Origin: Abditibacterium sp.
GTDB taxonomy: Bacteria > Armatimonadota > Abditibacteriia > Abditibacteriales > Abditibacteriaceae
Length of the DNA stretch: 64,000 bases
Assembly: GCA_965199495.1 (NCBI GenBank)
Contig: CBDASK010000003.1
Location: forward strand, 2,176,001 to 2,240,000
Direction of reading: 5' to 3'
In this document: piece after piece, positions 57,338 through 64,000 of the stretch
Layout: each line of letters starts with the position of its first letter
Position numbering within the stretch: the stretch's first letter is position 1
The notes under the pieces: model-generated
Told to the model about the DNA's origin: nothing
The model's input: the letters and a program-made list of their open reading frames with translations, nothing else
Database searches by the model: none
Program-made: the position numbers and the translations under genes

Positions 57338-58297
57338 TCACAAACCAATGCGAAACGCATGGATGACGCGGCCCCAAAAACTGGAGTTTTCGGTTGCGGT
57401 GAGCGGTTGCGATTGCGCTTCGGCGTGATTCAAGGGCGAACGCTCTTGCATCGTGTAAGAGTAGGGATCGTGAGGATGGAGCGCGTTCAATTTGCGGCGC
57501 ACTGCCGCGTTGCCGGGTTGCAGAGCCAGCGCTTGCTCCCACATCGGAAAGGCGCGGTCTTCGCGGCCCAACTGAAGATAAAAATCGCCCAGCAGTTCGC
57601 GGGCGGGCACGTTGCGAAAATCAACGCGCAACACGTCGTGGCAAATCGCGATGGCTTCGCTCGTGCGGCCTTCCCGATGGAACAGGCGCGCGGCCTCGGA
57701 CAATTGGCGGCGGGCCGACGGAGTGGCACTGCGCTTTTTGTCTTCGCGCCGCATCCGGCGCAATTGGGCGCGCTCCTGACGGCTCGTTTTCTTCTCCTGC
57801 GCCGTCAGATGCTTGCGCGTTGGTCGCGTCCAAATCTGTTGGGCGCGCTCGCGACGATCTCGCTCCAACGCTTGCTGCTCCATTCGCTTCAACTGGTGCG
57901 CTCGTTGTTCGGGCGTGAGCGGCGGCGTGGCTCTTTGCTTCGTCGCTTTGGTTTTTGTTCCCTTGCGCTGCGCCTGCGCTCTCAAAACATCGCTCATATG
58001 CGCCTGCTGCCCGCGCGCGGCTTGCGCCTGTATCTGTGCGCGCAGTGCCTCTTGCTGGCGTCGCGCGAATTCGATCTGCTCGATTTGCAGGCGCGCATCG
58101 AGAACGGCGCGCCGCTCGGCATCGCTCACGATATGCCACGCCCAGTTGATTTTTACCATGCGCTCGCTCGCCAATGCGCGCGCGGCCTCATCGGGCGCGC
58201 AGTCGGGATGATGAACGCGCACCAAACGACGATAGGAAGCCCGAATCTTCGCCAACTCGGCGTTCGCTGGCACTTCCAAAACGTGGTAAGGGTTCAT
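57338..58297 (-). CDS. J-domain protein with C-terminal TPRs
   Basis: NPYHVLEV...HHPD J-domain; TPR-like LLGDFYLQLG...ALALQP. Confidence 0.85.
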   Translation of the reverse strand: MNPYHVLEVPANAELAKIRASYRRLVRVHHPDCAPDEAARALASERMVKINWAWHIVSDAERRAVLDARLQIEQIEFARRQQEALRAQIQAQAARGQQAHMSDVLRAQAQRKGTKTKATKQRATPPLTPEQRAHQLKRMEQQALERDRRERAQQIWTRPTRKHLTAQEKKTSRQERAQLRRMRREDKKRSATPSARRQLSEAARLFHREGRTSEAIAICHDVLRVDFRNVPARELLGDFYLQLGREDRAFPMWEQALALQPGNAAVRRKLNALHPHDPYSYTMQERSPLNHAEAQSQPLTATENSSFWGRVIHAFRIGL

Positions 58298-58416
58298 GGG
58301 AAAAGGATGAAATTGGGGCTTTTCTCAAAGGTCTATTTTAGCAGGGCTTGCGTTTTCTTCCAATCGGTTATTTTCTTCGTTTCCCGATTGGACGCGATGT
58401 GGACTGTGCGCAAAGT

Positions 58417-59895
58417 TTATTGTTTCATTAGATCGTCCAACTGGCGTCCGTAATCGCCCACGACACCCATCGCCAGCGAGCCGACGTAGAGGGCGACGCA
58501 CAAAAACGCGATGATTCCCAAAACGGGAACCGCCTGTTTTATCGTGGTTTCGGCGTTAGTTTCCAGGAAATCGGCGGCTTTATCGAGTTGCGTATCCAAG
58601 TCGCCGCTTTCCTCGCCGATGCGCATCATCTGCAAGGCGAGCGGATTGAAAACGCGCGTTTCCTTCATGCACTGCGTCAGGGGGGCGCCCGCGTTGAGTT
58701 GAGGAATCGTGGCGAGTGCGCGCTCAGCCACGGCGCGGTTGCCGCAGGCTTGCGCGCCCAATCGCACGGCTTCGCTTGGCCCGACGCCCGCGCTATAAAG
58801 CGCGCCCAGCGCGCGGCAAAACTTCGCCGAAGCCAACGCGCGCGCGGTTTTGCCGACGATGGGCACCAGCAATTTGATTTCGTCGTAAGTTTTGGCGGGC
58901 GAAAAACCGCCGACTTTGTAATCGTTAATGCGCGAGGTAAACGCCGGTTTGACATAGTGCCAAACTTTGATCGCGATGTAAAGCAGCGCGAGGACGATAA
59001 GGGGCGGCAAGACTTGGCGCAAAAACGCTTGAAAACCGACCAGCACCCAAGGCACGACGCCGGGAATCAAAATCGAGCAAAAAACGATGAGTTTGGGATA
59101 CCATGTTTCGCGTTTGATGGCCTGTTGCAACTGGTAATCTCGCTCGGCGTAGTCGGCCAATCGGGTAAACGAACGCTCCAAAAATCCGCCGCGCTCGCCC
59201 GCTCTGGTGATGCCGATCATGAGCGGGCTGAACAGGCCGGGAAACGCTTCCATGCTTTCCGAAACCGGCCCGCCGGTCAGCGCGCGCCGCGACATTTCCA
59301 CGCTCGCCGTGCGCAGACTGTTGTTGGCCGCGTTTTCCGACATCGTTTGCAACGCGCCGCCGATGCCCGTGCCCGCGTGCATCAGCGCGGCGAGTTGGCG
59401 AAAAAAGTTGGATAAATCTTGAGCGGACGCGTGCAAAAACGGCTGATTGACAAGGGGCGCCGCCGCCGATTGTCCCATCGGTCGCGCAGAGTTCGGATGC
59501 GTCATCGGATGCGCGGGCGGAGCGGGCGCCGCCGTGACCGGATCGAAGCGCGGCGCCGGGTGGAGCGGTTTATGGATGTTCAACGGCGCGCCACTGACCG
59601 GATTGGCCGCCGAATTTATCGGTGGCCCGGTCGGCGTGGCTGCTCTTTCGACGTTGATACTTTCGGCGGGCGAATTTAATGTCGCAACGCCGCCGTTTTG
59701 CGCCGAATTATTAATCGGTGCGCGCGGGCGCAACGGCGCGGCACTTTGGGCGCGCGCCGTGCGCGCTTCGAGCCGGTTGATGAAAAGCCCTTCCGCGCGC
59801 AACGCGTCGAGCGCCGAACTGCGGTCGGCGGCATCGCGGGTGCCGCGCACAATGCGCCCATCAACGGTGCGCGCTTCGTAATTCCAAGTCGCCAT
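58417..59895 (-). CDS. pilC: Type IV pilus / T2SS platform protein (PilC/GspF)
   Basis: FFRQLAALMHAG, AGERGG, FCRALGALYSAG and IGEESGDLD motifs; long Pro/Ala linker. Confidence 0.85.
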   Translation of the reverse strand: MATWNYEARTVDGRIVRGTRDAADRSSALDALRAEGLFINRLEARTARAQSAAPLRPRAPINNSAQNGGVATLNSPAESINVERAATPTGPPINSAANPVSGAPLNIHKPLHPAPRFDPVTAAPAPPAHPMTHPNSARPMGQSAAAPLVNQPFLHASAQDLSNFFRQLAALMHAGTGIGGALQTMSENAANNSLRTASVEMSRRALTGGPVSESMEAFPGLFSPLMIGITRAGERGGFLERSFTRLADYAERDYQLQQAIKRETWYPKLIVFCSILIPGVVPWVLVGFQAFLRQVLPPLIVLALLYIAIKVWHYVKPAFTSRINDYKVGGFSPAKTYDEIKLLVPIVGKTARALASAKFCRALGALYSAGVGPSEAVRLGAQACGNRAVAERALATIPQLNAGAPLTQCMKETRVFNPLALQMMRIGEESGDLDTQLDKAADFLETNAETTIKQAVPVLGIIAFLCVALYVGSLAMGVVGDYGRQLDDLMKQ

Positions 59896-60098
59896 AAGCG
59901 AAGTTTAAATGTTTTACCGCGCGCGAGTTGCAAAAATTATGGCAATTTCATCAAAAATTTCGTTTGACGCGCTCCATCGCCACTCGCGCTGTCTTTCGCG
60001 AAGGCGCTCATCCAAAGCGGCACGAGTTTTCCTCCGCTTCAACGGCGCAACACGCGCGAGAACAGAAAAAATCTGTTTGACACGGCGAAATCATCACT

Positions 60099-61085
<987 letters not shown>

Positions 61086-61099
61086 AATCTTTAAATCCC

Positions 61100-61690
61100 A
61101 TGCAAACTAACGTCATCATTCCCGACCGTCTGCTTACTATCGAAGGTTTTTTCTCGCCCGATGAATGCGCCCAACACATCGCGCGCAGTGAGGGCGAAGG
61201 CTACGAAGCCGCCACGATTTCGACGCGCGGCGGCGCCGTAATGAACACCGCGATTCGCAATAACGACCGCCTTATAGCCGACGATCCCGAACTGGCGCAG
61301 ACGTTGTGGCAACGCGTCCAACCTTTCGTGCCGTCGCCGTTGTTCGAGCGCGAAGCCATTGGCCTCAACGAGCGGTTGCGTTATTATCGCTATGAACCGG
61401 GCCAAACTTTCAAGCCGCATCAAGACGGCAGTTTCAAGCGCGAAAATGGCGAAAAAAGTCAGGTCACTTTCATGGTCTATCTCAACGATGGCTTTGGCGG
61501 CGGCTCGACCAACTTCGATTTGCGCTATCCCCACGGCGAAGTCGAAGTCGTGCCGCGCGCGGGCATGGCGCTGTTGTTCGTTCATTCGTTTCGCCATGAA
61601 GGCGCCGTCGTGACGAGCGGCGCCAAATACGTTTTAAGATCGGACGTGATGTATAGCGCGGCAGAGGATGACTCGGCGGACGAGGATTAA
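61100..61690 (+). CDS. 2OG-Fe(II) oxygenase (prolyl-4-hydroxylase-like)
   Basis: HQD...YLN...GGST...HEG...KYVLR motifs. Confidence 0.9.
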   Translation: MQTNVIIPDRLLTIEGFFSPDECAQHIARSEGEGYEAATISTRGGAVMNTAIRNNDRLIADDPELAQTLWQRVQPFVPSPLFEREAIGLNERLRYYRYEPGQTFKPHQDGSFKRENGEKSQVTFMVYLNDGFGGGSTNFDLRYPHGEVEVVPRAGMALLFVHSFRHEGAVVTSGAKYVLRSDVMYSAAEDDSADED

Positions 61691-61766
61691 ACTTCACGAG
61701 AGGTTCACGGTTGGCTCACGCGTAATTCACGGCACGAAAAGCGGTTTGGAACGTCTTTTTTGTCCT

Positions 61767-62306
61767 ATGTCAAATATACAAACCGCGACTTTGGCCGCTG
61801 GCTGTTTCTGGTGTGTCGAAGCCGTTTTCGACCAATTGCAAGGCGCCACCGATGTCGTTTCGGGCTACTCCGGCGGGCACACGGCCAATCCGACGTATAA
61901 ACAGGTCTGCTCCGAAACCACCGGCCACGCCGAGGCCGTGCAAATCCAGTTCGACGCCGATGTAATTTCGTTCGCTGATATTTTGCGCGTTTATTTCACC
62001 GTTCACGACCCGACGCAACTCAATCGTCAGGGCAACGATGTCGGCGAATCGTATCGTAGCGCGATTTTCTTTCACGACGCCGAGCAGGAAAAAACCGCGC
62101 GCGAAATCATTCAAGAAGTCGAGGACGAAGGTTTGTATGCGGGGAAAATCGTGACCGAAGTCACGGCGTTTACCAACTTTTATCCCGCCGAAGATTATCA
62201 TCAGGAATATTTCGCCAACAATCCGTATCAAGGCTATTGTATGGCCATCGTCGCGCCCAAAGTGCGCAAATTTCGCCAGAAATATACCGACCGCTTAAAA
62301 AAATAA
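61767..62306 (+). CDS. msrA: Peptide-methionine (S)-S-oxide reductase
   Basis: GCFWC, TGHAE, HDPT and AEDYHQ motifs. Confidence 0.97.
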   Translation: MSNIQTATLAAGCFWCVEAVFDQLQGATDVVSGYSGGHTANPTYKQVCSETTGHAEAVQIQFDADVISFADILRVYFTVHDPTQLNRQGNDVGESYRSAIFFHDAEQEKTAREIIQEVEDEGLYAGKIVTEVTAFTNFYPAEDYHQEYFANNPYQGYCMAIVAPKVRKFRQKYTDRLKK

Positions 62307-62387
62307 AAGCGATTTTTACGCGTGATTTAACGGGATTCGCGGCAAAATTATCCCGGCAAACTTTGCGAAATCAAAATAATTTCTCTG

Positions 62388-62403
62388 CGGCAACTTCGTT
62401 GCT
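62388..62403 (+). promoter_or_regulatory. Sigma-54 (-24/-12) promoter candidate for flp copy 1
   Basis: CGGCAACTTCGTTGCT has the GG-N10-GC spacing, 98 bp before the ATG. Confidence 0.55.
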
Positions 62404-62485
62404 ACATAAAGTTTCGTGGCGGCGAGGAAAGCTGAAATAGCTAACCCAGAGTGACTGCCTCAAAATTTAGGAGAACACAAATACC

Positions 62486-62650
62486 ATGATGAAACAATTT
62501 TTGCAGGAAGAAGAGGGCCAGACCCTCGTTGAATACGGCCTTTTGATCTCGCTCATCGCGCTCGTTGTTATCGCTGTGCTGACGCTGTTGGGCGGCAAAA
62601 TCAAAGGTGTCTTCGGCACCGCGTCGAACTCGATTGTCACCACCACCTAA
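62486..62650 (+). CDS. flp: Flp/Fap (Tad) pilin, copy 1 (missing from the ORF track)
   Basis: AGGAG SD; MMKQFLQEEEG^QTLVEYGLLISLIALVVIAVLTLLGGKIKGVFGTASNSIVTTT, with the G/xxxxEY Flp motif. Confidence 0.93.
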   Translation: MMKQFLQEEEGQTLVEYGLLISLIALVVIAVLTLLGGKIKGVFGTASNSIVTTT

Positions 62651-62672
62651 TTCCGCTTCCCAGCCGAATTGC

Positions 62673-62704
62673 AAAAAGCCGCTCAAAATTCGAGCGGCTT
62701 TTTT
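62673..62704 (+). terminator. Intrinsic terminator
   Basis: AAAAAGCCGCTC AAAATTC GAGCGGCTTTTTT. Confidence 0.85.
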
Positions 62705-62849
62705 GTTTTTGTGGCCATCTTTTTCCTCAACTTTAAAATGTAAAGTTATCCATATTCAACGCATGGCGAGGAAAATTGGCTGTGTTATATTTTCCCCCTA
62801 TGACATTGAATTAACGGCGCCGGAAAGAAATTCGAGAGAATTTTAGATT

Positions 62850-62865
62850 TGGCAGTTTCGATGTT
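62850..62865 (+). promoter_or_regulatory. Degenerate sigma-54 promoter candidate for flp copy 2
   Basis: TGGCAGTTTCGATGTT aligns with the copy-1 motif but has GT instead of GC at -12. Confidence 0.35.
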
Positions 62866-62962
62866 AGATATTCTTCAGCGAAGCCGAGTTTGAAAGAATT
62901 TGGTGATAGCGCTGGTTTTGAATCTTAGAATAATTTGTAATTGCGGGAGGTGAAAAATTACC

Positions 62963-63127
62963 ATGATGAAACAATTTTTGCAGGAAGAGGAGGGCCAGAC
63001 CCTCGTTGAATACGGCTTGTTGATCTCTTTGATCGCTTTGGTCGTCATCGCCGTTTTGACGCTGTTGGGCGGCAAAATCAAAGGCGTGTTCGGAACCGCG
63101 TCCAACTCGATTGTCACCACCACCTAA
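62963..63127 (+). CDS. flp: Flp/Fap pilin, copy 2 (identical protein)
   Basis: GGAGG SD; same 54-aa translation as copy 1. Confidence 0.93.
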   Translation: MMKQFLQEEEGQTLVEYGLLISLIALVVIAVLTLLGGKIKGVFGTASNSIVTTT

Positions 63128-63140
63128 TCGGTTTGACACG

Positions 63141-63180
63141 AAAAAGCGTCCGCTCGAAACATTCGAGCGGACGCTTTTTT
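63141..63180. terminator. Bidirectional terminator
   Basis: AAAAAGCGTCCGCTCGAA ACA TTCGAGCGGACGCTTTTT. Confidence 0.88.
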
Positions 63181-63202
63181 GTGCCTGTTGACAACCTGCC
63201 GC

Positions 63203-64000
63203 CTATAACCAGCCACGGCGCTTGAAGAAAACCAATAAGCCCACAGCGATAAGCGTCATCGCGCCAAGCGAGCCGTAAAAGCCGTGATTTTTGGGCATAT
63301 CATCGAAGTTCATGCCGTAAATGCCCGCGATTAAAGTCGGCAATAGTAAAATAATCGAATACGAAGTCAGCCGTTTCATCACGGCGTTCATGCGGTTGCT
63401 TTCGATGGCGAGATAAACGTCCAAGGCGCCCGTCAAAACTTCGCGATAAGTATCAATGGTGCCGACGATGCGCGAGACGTGATCGTGCAAATCCTGAAAC
63501 GCCGCCGATTGGCGCCCACCCGCATCTTGGTCGCGGCGCTGCAAAACCGTGACGACATCGCGCGTCGGGTCGGCGATATGGCGCATTTGCAGCAAACCGC
63601 GTTTGAGCGCGAAAATCTCGCTCGACAACGGTTGATCGGTATCTTTGCCCGACGTGGCTTCATAAAGCGTGTCCTCGAATTCGTCAATGCGTTCGTTGAT
63701 GCGCTCCAAAACCGGGAAATAAGCATCCAAAACCGAGTCCATCAATTCGTAGAGCAGATGCCCAGCGCCGCTTTTCATCCAGTCGGGCCGCTTTTCCCAG
63801 CGCACGATCAAGTCCTCGAACGAAGCCACCGGCTGCGGATGAACCGTCACGATCCAATCCGGCCCGACCAGACAATCGATTTCGAGCGTGTCCACTTCCA
63901 AATGCTGATGCTCGTCGTAATCCAATTCGACGGAATGGAAAATGAGGTAAATATAGCCGTTGTAATCGTGGATTTTGGGGCGCCCTTCCTGCGAGCGCAA
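63203..64000 (-). CDS. corA: CorA Mg2+/Co2+ transporter (3' part)
   Basis: RPKI, MNAVMKRLT and IAGIYGMNF motifs. Confidence 0.95.
   Translation of the reverse strand: MRSQEGRPKIHDYNGYIYLIFHSVELDYDEHQHLEVDTLEIDCLVGPDWIVTVHPQPVASFEDLIVRWEKRPDWMKSGAGHLLYELMDSVLDAYFPVLERINERIDEFEDTLYEATSGKDTDQPLSSEIFALKRGLLQMRHIADPTRDVVTVLQRRDQDAGGRQSAAFQDLHDHVSRIVGTIDTYREVLTGALDVYLAIESNRMNAVMKRLTSYSIILLLPTLIAGIYGMNFDDMPKNHGFYGSLGAMTLIAVGLLVFFKRRGWL

Noticed and set aside
62340..62460. c-di-GMP-I riboswitch upstream of flp (GGCAAAC...GAAA)
   Set aside because: Lacks the following GACGCAAAGC and second stem; a sigma-54 reading fits better. An Rfam scan would settle it.
62700..62960. AT-rich spacer with TTATCCATA as oriC
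   Set aside because: Only one imperfect box; better explained as the flp regulatory region.

Overview
GC-rich (roughly 55-60% by eye) bacterial chromosomal window with about 55 genes. It has no rRNA, tRNA, CRISPR array, transposase or prophage that I can support. Gene mix and style suggest an Abditibacteriota/Armatimonadota-like organism (inference only). Housekeeping genes include lipA, aspartate aminotransferase, citrate synthase, ndh, mutS, dnaB, ppx, purD/S/Q/L, nagB, kbl/tdh, polX, panB/C, msrA and corA. Accessory content includes a mutS-coupled restriction-modification pair (methyltransferase fused to a degenerate SNase-like domain, plus an MjaI-like nuclease with a C-terminal frameshift), a three-gene XPB helicase operon, several secreted or surface proteins, pilC, and two unannotated tandem Flp pilins with sigma-54-like promoters. 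The most striking non-gene signals are: (1) a non-palindromic 9-mer, GCAGCCACG, found 29 times by hand, 14 on one strand and 15 on the other, against about 1 expected, making it a candidate DNA-uptake/Chi-like genome signature; (2) at least seven unrelated families of paired inverted (REPIN-like) intergenic elements; (3) an AT-rich, synonymously recoded patch inside dnaB; (4) widespread leaderless-type promoters. All counts and alignments were done by eye and need computational confirmation.
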